Both the position numbers and the translations under genes were made by a program. DNA of 15,460 nt from Candidatus Thalassarchaeaceae archaeon (GTDB lineage Archaea > Thermoplasmatota > Poseidoniia > Poseidoniales > Thalassarchaeaceae): the NCBI GenBank assembly GCA_030747675.1, contig JASLKH010000061.1, positions 1 to 15,460 on the forward strand, written 5' to 3'. Shown here in pieces: positions 8,081-15,460 of this stretch (position 1 is the first letter of the stretch; every line of letters begins with the position of its first letter). The notes beneath the pieces were generated by a model. That model was not told the origin of the DNA. It saw nothing but the letters and a program-made list of their open reading frames with translations, and did not search any database.

Positions 8081-8899
8081 TCAAGGATTATTTTGTACTG
8101 CTTCTTCCCGCTCTCTGTTTTCTTTCCTTTCTTTGGCAAGGGATGCTACGTAAGCAATTAGGGGAATTATTAGAACCATACCGAAGCAGCCGACAAGAGC
8201 TGCTACAGACCAAATCATCTCAGTAACGGGGTCAACTGTAAAAGGTTCAACTTTGGTCAATTCGTGCTGAGTAAACTCAACTTCAGGAACGAGAGCGACT
8301 GCATTAATTTCCGAGTCGGATTCAACTGTTATTGTCCATATTCGTGTCCCGCTGTGCTCGTTAATGAGATCTAGCGATTTATTCTCGGCTTCTTCCAATG
8401 AATCAGCGTACAAACTACCTAAACCAGAAATTGGTAGGTTCGGGGAAACTATTCCTCGGAATATGACAGAACCCGTTTCAAGGACATCAAGAGAATGGGA
8501 TTGTGACTTCGAGCAAATATTGGACTCTTCATATCCATCATCGACTTCAATACAACTGAAAGTTTCCGCTTCATCTGATCCCAACATTTCGTGATGATAC
8601 CATTCTCCATCACTCACACTTAGAGTCAAAATATCTCCCTCCTTTAACTCGATAAAACTGACATTCATCCAAGTTGTTGGCAAGGTAGTAGTAAAGGTCC
8701 ATGTTTGGGTGGTATTCGATTCACTGAGGCCTTGATCGGTTACTTCAGGTTCGACTTCCTCATTGGTGGTATGATAGTAATAATATGCGGAGTCAATCGT
8801 GGCTGAATAAACAGCATAAGAAAGAATCAAAATAAGAGTCAAACCGAGCCCAATCATAGTCCGAAGCATGTTCGGATTCTGGGCAAGTGCCTTCTTCAT
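8081..8899 (-). CDS. Hypothetical membrane protein (N- and C-terminal TM helices flanking an acidic extracellular domain)
   Basis: The start was re-called at ATG 8899 (MKKALAQNPNMLRTMIGLGLTLILILSYAVYSA), because the ORF-track extension to 9070 overlaps rps19e. A second TM (IWSVAALVGCFGMVLIIPLIAYVASLA) is followed by a charged tail. Confidence 0.75.
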   Translation of the reverse strand: MKKALAQNPNMLRTMIGLGLTLILILSYAVYSATIDSAYYYYHTTNEEVEPEVTDQGLSESNTTQTWTFTTTLPTTWMNVSFIELKEGDILTLSVSDGEWYHHEMLGSDEAETFSCIEVDDGYEESNICSKSQSHSLDVLETGSVIFRGIVSPNLPISGLGSLYADSLEEAENKSLDLINEHSGTRIWTITVESDSEINAVALVPEVEFTQHELTKVEPFTVDPVTEMIWSVAALVGCFGMVLIIPLIAYVASLAKERKENREREEAVQNNP

Positions 8900-8980
8900 A
8901 TCAAGGCCCACCGAACTAATATCTTTGAACCTTAGGTGAGAGTAACTCGCAAACACCCCTACCGTAGGTAGGCGGTCAGC

Positions 8981-8988
8981 GTTAAATA
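8981..8988 (+). promoter_or_regulatory. Candidate TATA box of the ribosomal-protein operon
   Basis: GTTAAATA lies about 37-44 nt upstream of the rps19e ATG. This leaves room for a short leader containing the SD AGGTGG (9014-9019). Confidence 0.45.
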
Positions 8989-9024
8989 TGGGTGGTCGGT
9001 CGGCGACCTGCTTAGGTGGCTCGC

Positions 9025-9495
9025 ATGACCACGTTTTACGATATTCCAGCAGACTTGCTTGTACCCGCACTTGCCGTTAGGCTAGAAGGCAACAGTTCGA
9101 TTACCGAACCTGAATGGGCCGAATACGTCAAAACTGGTGTCCATAAAGAGCGACCACCCACACAAAAAAACTGGTGGTATCTTCGCAATGCAGCGATTCT
9201 CCGCAAAGTGGGTCGCATGGGACCTATTGGTGTAAACCACCTTTCACAAGAATTCGGTGGTTCAAAAGATCGCGGTGCAGCACCTAATCGAGCAGCAGCA
9301 GGCAGCCGCCACATTATTCGCACATCCCTTCAACAAATGGAAGATGCCGGCCTCATCACCAGCAGATTGAATGCTGCTGGTACTGTAAACCGAGGTCGAG
9401 TATTAACTGCAGCAGGGCACAAATTATTGGATGAAGTAGCACACGAAGTCCATCCACAAGCACTGGAGCAATATCCAGGCCTTGACAAGTACTGA
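9025..9495 (+). CDS. rps19e: 30S ribosomal protein S19e
   Basis: MTTFYDIPADLL...PEWAEYVKTGVHKERPP...WWYLRNAAILRK...GPIGV...GS..IIR..LQQME.AG...GRVLT. The ATG at 9025 follows the SD AGGTGG. Confidence 0.97.
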   Translation: MTTFYDIPADLLVPALAVRLEGNSSITEPEWAEYVKTGVHKERPPTQKNWWYLRNAAILRKVGRMGPIGVNHLSQEFGGSKDRGAAPNRAAAGSRHIIRTSLQQMEDAGLITSRLNAAGTVNRGRVLTAAGHKLLDEVAHEVHPQALEQYPGLDKY

Positions 9496-9519
9496 TTAGG
9501 TGAGATTGTGGGTGAAGTT

Positions 9520-9876
9520 ATGTCAACGGATGATGAGTTAAATCGCATCCGTGAGGCACGACGTGCTGAAATCCAGAAACAAGTTGAGGCACAAACCAAT
9601 CAACAATTTGAGATGGAATCACAGCAAGCTGCAGCAGCGCAGGAAGAATCTGACCTTAGTGCCGCAATGCGAACAATTCTAACTCCTGAAGCACGAGAGA
9701 GATTAGCTCGTGTTGAAATTGCACGCCCAGATGTCGCAATAACCGTCAAGCGTCACCTTTCTACATTACATGGAAATGGACAGATTGTTCCACCGATTGA
9801 TGATGCTACATTGAAGCGAATCCTGAAGGGACTAGATGATAATTCACGTCGAGAGACAACAATACGCAGAATTTGA
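9520..9876 (+). CDS. PDCD5-family archaeal double-stranded DNA-binding protein (DUF122)
   Basis: DDELNRIREARRAEIQ...MRTILTPEARERLARVEIARPD...IDDATLKRIL...RRETTIRRI. This is its canonical position directly after rps19e. The SD GGTGA precedes ATG 9520; GTG 9508 is an alternative start. Confidence 0.93.
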   Translation: MSTDDELNRIREARRAEIQKQVEAQTNQQFEMESQQAAAAQEESDLSAAMRTILTPEARERLARVEIARPDVAITVKRHLSTLHGNGQIVPPIDDATLKRILKGLDDNSRRETTIRRI

Positions 9877-9885
9877 GGGATGAAT

Positions 9886-10041
9886 ATGGCACGACACAAA
9901 CCCTATGCAAAAAAGAAGCGCCTGAGTAAGGTAACAAAGCAAAACCGCCGAGTGCCTGTTTGGGTTATGATGCGAACAAACCGTAAGGTGACAACGCATC
10001 CAAAGCGCCACCACTGGCGCCGAAGTAAACTACAACGTTGA
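9886..10041 (+). CDS. rpl39e: 50S ribosomal protein L39e (absent from the ORF track because it is 51 aa)
   Basis: Hand translation: [51 protein letters not shown]. It carries the L39e signatures [10 protein letters not shown] and KRHHWRR and lies just before rpl31e. Confidence 0.97.
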   Translation: MARHKPYAKKKRLSKVTKQNRRVPVWVMMRTNRKVTTHPKRHHWRRSKLQR

Positions 10042-10054
10042 GAGTGTGAATTAG

Positions 10055-10318
10055 ATGGCTGAAACAAAAGAAATGGTAGTTCCACTACGTGCTGCTTGGG
10101 CAGTACCACGAACACAACGTGCTGCACGTGCAATCAAGGAAATCCGCAAGCATGTCTCGCGCCACATGAAGATTCAAGAAGATGAAGAATTGTGGATCGA
10201 TGAAGCTGTGAACCATGCAATTTGGGCACGCGGGATTCAAAAACCTCCACGCAAGATCCGTCTTGTTGTTACACGAGAAGAAGGATTCCCGATTGAAGTT
10301 AAACTGGTAGAGGAGTGA
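10055..10318 (+). CDS. rpl31e: 50S ribosomal protein L31e
   Basis: VVPLRAAWAVPRTQRAARAIKEIRKHVSRHMK...WIDEAVNHAIWARGIQKPPRKIRL. Confidence 0.97.
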   Translation: MAETKEMVVPLRAAWAVPRTQRAARAIKEIRKHVSRHMKIQEDEELWIDEAVNHAIWARGIQKPPRKIRLVVTREEGFPIEVKLVEE

Positions 10319-10323
10319 AAATT

Positions 10324-10515
10324 ATGGGTAATATTCGGCCGTCATTTATCAAAATCCGTGCAATTCGATTGTGCGAAGAATATCCTGATCAGTTCAATGA
10401 CAACTTTGAGCATAACAAAACGTTAGTCAATGAATACACTGATGTTGATAACAAGAGAATGCGAAACTGGATCGCTGGATATGTCACCCGATATATGCAG
10501 CGCCGTCAGGACTAG
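10324..10515 (+). CDS. rps17e: 30S ribosomal protein S17e
   Basis: MGNIRPSFIK...YPDQFNDNFEHNK...NKRMRNWIAGYVTR. ATG 10324 follows the SD GGAGTGA. Confidence 0.96.
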   Translation: MGNIRPSFIKIRAIRLCEEYPDQFNDNFEHNKTLVNEYTDVDNKRMRNWIAGYVTRYMQRRQD

Positions 10516-10524
10516 GTGTATCGA

Positions 10525-10734
10525 ATGTCGACCCTTGAGGTCGATCAATCCGGTGAAATCGGAGTTGCTAGACACCCTCGCCGACAAATATTGATTGACT
10601 TTCTCAATCACCTAAAGGAAAACAACGTTCTCCGTTTTTCCTATCCCATGCCCGACCAAGAAAATGGTGAAGGGTGGATGATGTTTCTTTATTCTCCAGT
10701 CTCTCAAGCCGTAATCGATTCATTCGAGGCGTGA
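10525..10734 (+). CDS. Small hypothetical protein (69 aa) inside the r-protein operon
   Basis: It fills the gap between rps17e and trmJ with 9-nt and 3-nt spacers. The SD AGGTG (10514-10518) precedes ATG 10525, and the composition is protein-like. Confidence 0.7.
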   Translation: MSTLEVDQSGEIGVARHPRRQILIDFLNHLKENNVLRFSYPMPDQENGEGWMMFLYSPVSQAVIDSFEA

Positions 10735-10737
10735 GAT

Positions 10738-11517
10738 ATGGGTAACAATTCAAACATCCCACATCCGGAATGGAATTGTGAACTTGTCATTGTCTTGATA
10801 GAACCTCAAATCGAAGGAAATATTGGAGCAGTGGCACGGTCAATTCGTAATTTCGGCCTTCATGAATTACGCATTCTCCGGCATTCTGGTGAATTTTCTG
10901 ATGAAGTTAGGAAGAGAGCAAAGCATGCCCAGTCAGTAATCGAGGACTGTCAGGTCCACCAGAATTGGAGTGACTGTTTTGAAGACATCAATCTGGTAAT
11001 TGGTACAAGTGGAAAGCGTGAGCATGGAGATAAGGTACTGTTCAGGCATTTCCTCCTTCCAGCAGAACTTGGCGAAAGGTTGGCTGATGTCGAAGGTAAA
11101 GTTGCCATTGTTTTCGGCCCAGAAGGCATGGGCCTCTCACAAGAAGAACTTCGAGCATGTGATTTGTTACTCACAATTCCAACATGGGAAGGTTATCCAA
11201 TTCTAAATTTGAGTCATACAGTATCAATCGTTTGTTACGAGTGGTTTCAAACACTATTACCGAAGGTGGGTAAAGAGGACGCATTACCAAAAACAGTGCA
11301 CAGCAAGCGTATTCTCAACCCTGAACTAAAACGTGAGATTCGAAGAAGGGCTACTGAGATAGCCAACGCATCTTCTAGGCGGGATGATCAAAAGAAATCA
11401 ACTGCAGACACACTTAGTCGAGTTATATTACGTGGAATGCCCACAGATGACGAAGCACATAGCCTGCTGGGATTACTTGATGCTGCAACAAAGGCAATGG
11501 AAGAGGATGAACAATAG
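10738..11517 (+). CDS. trmJ: SPOUT RNA methyltransferase, TrmJ/LasT family (tRNA position-32 2'-O-methyltransferase-like)
   Basis: VLIEPQIEGNIGAVAR..NFG, VIGTSGK, and the knot motif AIVFGPEGMGLS.EEL..CD...TIPT...YPILNLSH.V.IVCYE. Confidence 0.9.
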   Translation: MGNNSNIPHPEWNCELVIVLIEPQIEGNIGAVARSIRNFGLHELRILRHSGEFSDEVRKRAKHAQSVIEDCQVHQNWSDCFEDINLVIGTSGKREHGDKVLFRHFLLPAELGERLADVEGKVAIVFGPEGMGLSQEELRACDLLLTIPTWEGYPILNLSHTVSIVCYEWFQTLLPKVGKEDALPKTVHSKRILNPELKREIRRRATEIANASSRRDDQKKSTADTLSRVILRGMPTDDEAHSLLGLLDAATKAMEEDEQ

Positions 11518-11528
11518 GAGATGTAGCC

Positions 11529-12857
11529 ATGTTATGGTGGATGTATGCTCTCATTGCCCTGATTGGATATACTGTTCTTGTAACAATCCTTTGCCTCAAA
11601 TATCCTGAAAGGCATTACAATTGGGATGACATTGATACAGGGAAGTTAGATTTCCCTTCAGAATTTGCATGGGGTGTTGCAACAGCTTCTCACCAAATTG
11701 AAGGTGGTAATGTAAACAACTGGTCTCAATTTGAATCTGCAACCGGAAAAGAACTCAGCGGGATTGCCTGTGATCATTGGAACAAATGGAAATCAGATTT
11801 TGATTTGATTGAAAAATTAGGCGTCGGTCATTACAGATTCTCAATCGAATGGAGTCGAATACAACCGAATGAAAGCGAATGGAATGAGGATGCAGTCGCC
11901 CAATATTCTGCAATGATTGATGAGTTAATCTCACGTGGAATTGAACCAATGGTCACCCTACATCATTTCTCACATCCGATTTGGTTCGAAGAAAAAGGAG
12001 GTTTTCTTAAAAATGAAAATATTCATCACTGGGTGAGTTACTGCGAGAAGATATTCGGTGTGCTGAGCGACCGTGTAACAAATTGGTGCACAGTTAATGA
12101 ACCAGAAGTATTCTCAATTATGGGTTATCACATGAAGCTCTTCCCCCCTGGAATGGGTTCGATAAGAAAGACAATTCAAGTGATGAAAAATGTCGTCGAA
12201 GCCCATGCAACTGCATATCATGCTTTGAAGAAAATTCGTGCCGATGCGAAAATCGGGTTAGCAAAAAATGTCACAATCTTTGATCCCCTTCATCGATGGA
12301 ACCTCATCCACTGGATTACAACATTCATACTCAATCACATTTGGAATGGAGCAATAATTTCAGCCCTCAAAAGAGGTCGAATGTTTGGTAGAAAAATACC
12401 CAATGCCAAAGATTCCCTCGATTACATGGGGCTGAATTATTACACCCACGCATTGGTCAGTCCCTTCCTTCCACAAACCATTGAAGTTGATCTACCCAAG
12501 CGTTCTCATGAAATTATGACGGAATTTGGATATCCGATGTATGCAGAAGGATTGAAGCGTTCTGTTGAATTGCTTAAACCACTAAATGTACCCATTGAGA
12601 TTACTGAAAACGGTGTTGCTGACAGTGATGATTCGTTGCGCCCAATCCACCTTAAGAGACATCTTTGGATGATTTCTGAGATGATAAAATCGGGTGCAGA
12701 CATCCATTCTTACTATCATTGGTCCTTAATGGACAACTTCGAATGGGCAGAGGGATATTCTCTGAGGTTCGGCCTCTATCATGTTGATTATGAAACACAA
12801 GAGAGAACCCTGCGCTCTAGCGGTGAACTGTATCGGAAAATCGTGTCCAATGAATGA
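11529..12857 (+). CDS. Glycoside hydrolase family 1 beta-glycosidase with N-terminal membrane anchor
   Basis: FAWGVATASHQIEGG, YRFSIEWSRIQP, VTLHHF, acid/base TVNEP, nucleophile ITENG, and YYHWSLMDNFEWAEGYSLRFGL. The N-terminus is hydrophobic (WWMYALIALIGYTVLVTILCL). The SD GGAG lies at 11517-11520. Confidence 0.95.
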   Translation: MLWWMYALIALIGYTVLVTILCLKYPERHYNWDDIDTGKLDFPSEFAWGVATASHQIEGGNVNNWSQFESATGKELSGIACDHWNKWKSDFDLIEKLGVGHYRFSIEWSRIQPNESEWNEDAVAQYSAMIDELISRGIEPMVTLHHFSHPIWFEEKGGFLKNENIHHWVSYCEKIFGVLSDRVTNWCTVNEPEVFSIMGYHMKLFPPGMGSIRKTIQVMKNVVEAHATAYHALKKIRADAKIGLAKNVTIFDPLHRWNLIHWITTFILNHIWNGAIISALKRGRMFGRKIPNAKDSLDYMGLNYYTHALVSPFLPQTIEVDLPKRSHEIMTEFGYPMYAEGLKRSVELLKPLNVPIEITENGVADSDDSLRPIHLKRHLWMISEMIKSGADIHSYYHWSLMDNFEWAEGYSLRFGLYHVDYETQERTLRSSGELYRKIVSNE

Positions 12858-12859
12858 AT

Positions 12860-13219
12860 TCAGTCATCATCAGGGTCGATATCTTCAATGAGTGTAAACT
12901 CATAATCACCAGTAGCACTATCATAGTCAATATTGGAAAATACAACTTTCATTTGACGGTCTTCGAATGGATCATGAAACCAAGGTTGCCCCGCACGAAA
13001 AATAGACAAAATTTCCTTATATTCAGCCATGGACATTTTACCAGTCACTGTGTAGACTGCACTTTCAGCACCCTCGTCCATTAAATCATCACCTTCACCA
13101 CCGCGAATGACCGTTCTTTGTATGCGACGTGCAATCTTCATGTGTACATTACAGCCTTGAATACGCTGCCATTCACTGCCTTCAGACTTTAACCAGCACT
13201 CATTTGCCTTCATACCCAT
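12860..13219 (-). CDS. Hypothetical protein, possibly phage tail GpU / Mu DNA-circularisation N-terminal-like fold
   Basis: Clean ORF of about 119 aa with an SD-like GGGGATGTGA and TTTAAG (13236-13231) upstream. The start is 13219 or 13213. The fold assignment is by motif resemblance only. Confidence 0.7.
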   Translation of the reverse strand: MGMKANECWLKSEGSEWQRIQGCNVHMKIARRIQRTVIRGGEGDDLMDEGAESAVYTVTGKMSMAEYKEILSIFRAGQPWFHDPFEDRQMKVVFSNIDYDSATGDYEFTLIEDIDPDDD

Positions 13220-13249
13220 CACATCCCCTGCTTAAATGTCAATGTATCG

Positions 13250-15460
13250 TTAACCCTGCCACTCTTTCCAATCGTCTCCTGAATTCGGCATCCTGTAGTA
13301 GTTGACCCCTTCAAACATTGTCCACTCATAGCCATCTTCAGCCACTCGGCCAGTGATGTCCTTTGAAGGTCCAGTTGCAGCCACTCCTGTGACCATTTCA
13401 TCTTCAACGATATGAGTTTGATCTTCTGTAATATCTTCTGGTTCGATATGCTCAGGGATGTGATGTGTTTCCCCAGCCATTGCATCATCCAGTTCCGACC
13501 GTAGGCGTTCTAAGCGAATTCCTTGGTGGGGTCCAAGCAATCGTAACATCAACGAATATTCCCATTTTAGGGCTACTTTTTCGAGTTCTTTTGGTGTATT
13601 TGCATCCCGTAACATGCTTTCGAATTTTCGACATCTTGTGTTGCGAGTTACAAATCCAAACCCAATCCAAGCAAAGAGGGGGACACCACCAAAGATACCG
13701 ATGAGATCCCATGCTCCCAGGCCGATTGCAGTACCTGGGATCTGAAGTTCGAAGCTGTCTATCGGATAATCATCTGGATCGTTAGGGTCTGTACCCAAAC
13801 GGACCTCATCTGTGTCTGTCCAACCATCATTGTCATCGTCAGTGTCGGCATTGTCGCCTTCTTCGTCCCCGTCAAAGTTGGAACATTCCTTGTAGTCGAG
13901 AGGGAATAAATCCTCGAGATCAGGACAACCATCGTTGTCGTGGTCGCCAGGACTGGAGAGCTTTGGTAGAATATCGATGCTGTCATTGTAACCATCATTG
14001 TCAAAATCGAACAGGTAAGGATCTGCATCGGTGCCACTCAGATTGTCGCCCAATCCATCCCCATCTTGGTCAATCCATTGTGTAGGGTTGTCCGGGAACA
14101 GGTCGGCCAATCGGCCCGACAAACTGTCACCATATCCGTCACCATCACGGTCGGAGTGTTGTGTGGGGTCTGCGATGAAGACGTCTGCATCAGTTCCAGT
14201 TTGATTATCCCCAAATCCATCACCATCGATGTCCGACCATTGTGAAGGGTCGTCAGGGAACTTGTCGGCGCCTGAGCCGAGTGGATTGTCACCAAATCCA
14301 TCGCCATCTGAATCGGTTTGTTGAGAGGGGTCGAACGGGAAATCGTCTGCATTGTTGCCGACATTATCTGAATCGGAATCCTGCCATTCTTCTGGATCCT
14401 CGGGGAAGGCATCGCCCTGATTGCCGGCCAACTCATCGCCATGACCGTCGCCATCGGTGTCATTCCATTGAGTGGCATCGTTGACGAAGGCATCGTCCTC
14501 ATCCGCCACTCCATCGCGGTCGGCATCTGCCCAGCGGGTTGGATCATCAGGGAACCAGTCCCCTTGTGTTCCATACGGATTGTCTCCATGACCATCGCCA
14601 TCGGTATCGTTTTGCTGCGTGAAGTCCATTGGGAATGCGTCTGCATTATCGCCCACTTCGTCGTTGTCAATGTCTGACCATTCAGTAGGATCATCACCAA
14701 ATTCATCGCGAATATCCGGACGTCCGTCGCCATCAGAGTCAGGACACCCCTCCTCGAATTCATAGGTCGAATTCCCATGTACAGTGGGACATAAATCCAC
14801 AGAGTCGTTCACCCCATCCGCATCATCATCTAAATCTTCCATTGCATCACTGCAACCATCCGAATCAATGTCAGTAAGGTTACTTGAAATCCAACCAGTC
14901 ACCCCAATAGGACAACTGTCGAGAATATCTACAATTGAATCGCCATCATCATCATCATCTTCATCGGAATCCCTACAGCCATCACCATCATGATCTAGAA
15001 TAGGCGACGATGCAAATCCGAATGGCGAGAAGGCACAATTGTCGACTACGTCGGGCAACATATCACCATCATCATCTAAATCAGTCAAATCAGGTGTGCC
15101 ATCTCCATCATAATCAGGTGCCAGGATACCAACCATGATATCAAAATGGCCTTGACTACCCGAAACTTGTAATCCGGATGCTCTGAAAGCACCTTCGGTC
15201 TCTCCAACAACAAATACAATCCCGTCAGAATTGATGGCCAAATCGTACCCATAATCATAACCGTTGCCACCTATTGTTGTAAGCCAAGAATCAATTCCTG
15301 AGGATGAGATTCCCAACACAAAAACTTCCCAATTACCAGAAGTCACGACGGCATTTTGGCTTCCTTCAATTGACAAGGTGGTCGCAAATGCCCCTGTTAC
15401 AACCACTGCATCTGACGTAGAATCATAGGCAACTCCACGAGGATGTGTCTCCGACCCCAA
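13250..15460 (-). CDS. Large membrane-anchored protein (5'-partial): beta-propeller (SBBP-like) repeats, long thrombospondin type-3 Ca-binding repeat stalk, C-terminal membrane segment and cytoplasmic tail
   Basis: The frame is open to the window edge, so the TTG 'start' is probably not real. It contains WLTTIGGNGYDYGYDLAINSDG.VFVVGET and many DxDxDGxxDxxDxFPxD units. A hydrophobic segment IGLGAWDLIGIFGGVPLFAWIGFGFV precedes a tail ending DGYEWTMFEGVNYYR...DWKEWQG. Confidence 0.88.
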   Translation of the reverse strand: MGSETHPRGVAYDSTSDAVVVTGAFATTLSIEGSQNAVVTSGNWEVFVLGISSSGIDSWLTTIGGNGYDYGYDLAINSDGIVFVVGETEGAFRASGLQVSGSQGHFDIMVGILAPDYDGDGTPDLTDLDDDGDMLPDVVDNCAFSPFGFASSPILDHDGDGCRDSDEDDDDDGDSIVDILDSCPIGVTGWISSNLTDIDSDGCSDAMEDLDDDADGVNDSVDLCPTVHGNSTYEFEEGCPDSDGDGRPDIRDEFGDDPTEWSDIDNDEVGDNADAFPMDFTQQNDTDGDGHGDNPYGTQGDWFPDDPTRWADADRDGVADEDDAFVNDATQWNDTDGDGHGDELAGNQGDAFPEDPEEWQDSDSDNVGNNADDFPFDPSQQTDSDGDGFGDNPLGSGADKFPDDPSQWSDIDGDGFGDNQTGTDADVFIADPTQHSDRDGDGYGDSLSGRLADLFPDNPTQWIDQDGDGLGDNLSGTDADPYLFDFDNDGYNDSIDILPKLSSPGDHDNDGCPDLEDLFPLDYKECSNFDGDEEGDNADTDDDNDGWTDTDEVRLGTDPNDPDDYPIDSFELQIPGTAIGLGAWDLIGIFGGVPLFAWIGFGFVTRNTRCRKFESMLRDANTPKELEKVALKWEYSLMLRLLGPHQGIRLERLRSELDDAMAGETHHIPEHIEPEDITEDQTHIVEDEMVTGVAATGPSKDITGRVAEDGYEWTMFEGVNYYRMPNSGDDWKEWQG
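13790..15125 (-). repeat. Protein-level TSP3-like repeat array (degenerate at DNA level)
   Basis: Recurrent D.D.DG.GD(N)......D.FP.DP.(Q/E)W.D units with a period of about 23-29 aa. The codons have diverged, so this is not a DNA tandem array or CRISPR. Confidence 0.85.

Noticed and set aside
8900-9010. Possible tRNA (GGTTCAAA on the minus strand resembles a T-loop)
   Set aside because: There is no T-stem pairing, acceptor stem or D-arm, so no cloverleaf can be drawn.
8900-9070. ORF-track N-terminal extension of the minus-strand membrane protein overlapping rps19e
   Set aside because: The extension crosses the divergent promoter region and the rps19e start and looks non-protein-like. ATG 8899 gives a sensible TM-first protein.
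11521-11526. ATG-TAG start-stop element between the SD and the GH1 start
   Set aside because: It is six nucleotides long and likely chance. The SD spacing suits ATG 11529.
137-12703. Numerous 60-160 aa antisense/overlapping ORFs in the track (e.g. 137-487, 2696-3067, 6125-6532, 9036-9323, 9903-10133)
   Set aside because: All are nested in or antisense to well-supported genes and have no motifs or translation signals.
13759-14778. Long alternative-frame ORFs (92 aa and 246 aa, Met/Thr-rich) on the minus strand
   Set aside because: These are frame-shifted shadows of the Asp/Gly-rich TSP3 repeats (GAT GAC GGN read off-frame) and carry no independent signal.
13790-15125. Regularly spaced repeats that might suggest a CRISPR array
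   Set aside because: The repeats are conserved at the amino-acid level with synonymous divergence, lie in one open frame, have no identical DNA repeat/unique spacer structure, and there are no cas genes.

Overview
This is an archaeal chromosomal segment. The evidence is an operon of archaeal/eukaryote-type ribosomal protein genes (rps19e, PDCD5-like, rpl39e, rpl31e, rps17e) and TATA-type promoters. The very large acidic CARDB/NEW3 and thrombospondin-type-3 repeat membrane proteins suggest Marine Group II/III Euryarchaeota (Poseidoniales-like); this is an inference. The left end (about 188-2770) looks accessory and compositionally mosaic. A GC-richer FAD-linked lactone/alditol oxidase-family gene (about 51% GC in hand-counted lines) is directly followed by a very AT-rich AlkB/XylM-type membrane di-iron monooxygenase gene (about 31% GC). 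That gene converges, across a short palindrome, on an RDH/WWOX-like SDR. The middle holds a small internally duplicated hypothetical protein, a 1289-aa surface protein whose cytoplasmic tail ends in a degenerate RING-like Zn finger, and a two-TM hypothetical. Next comes the r-protein operon, extended by a 69-aa unknown ORF, trmJ and a membrane-anchored GH1 beta-glycosidase. The right end has an orphan protein resembling phage tail GpU/Mu DNA-circularisation N-terminal domains, and the 3' part of a propeller + TSP3-repeat membrane protein. No rRNA, tRNA, CRISPR array, integrase or transposase was seen.
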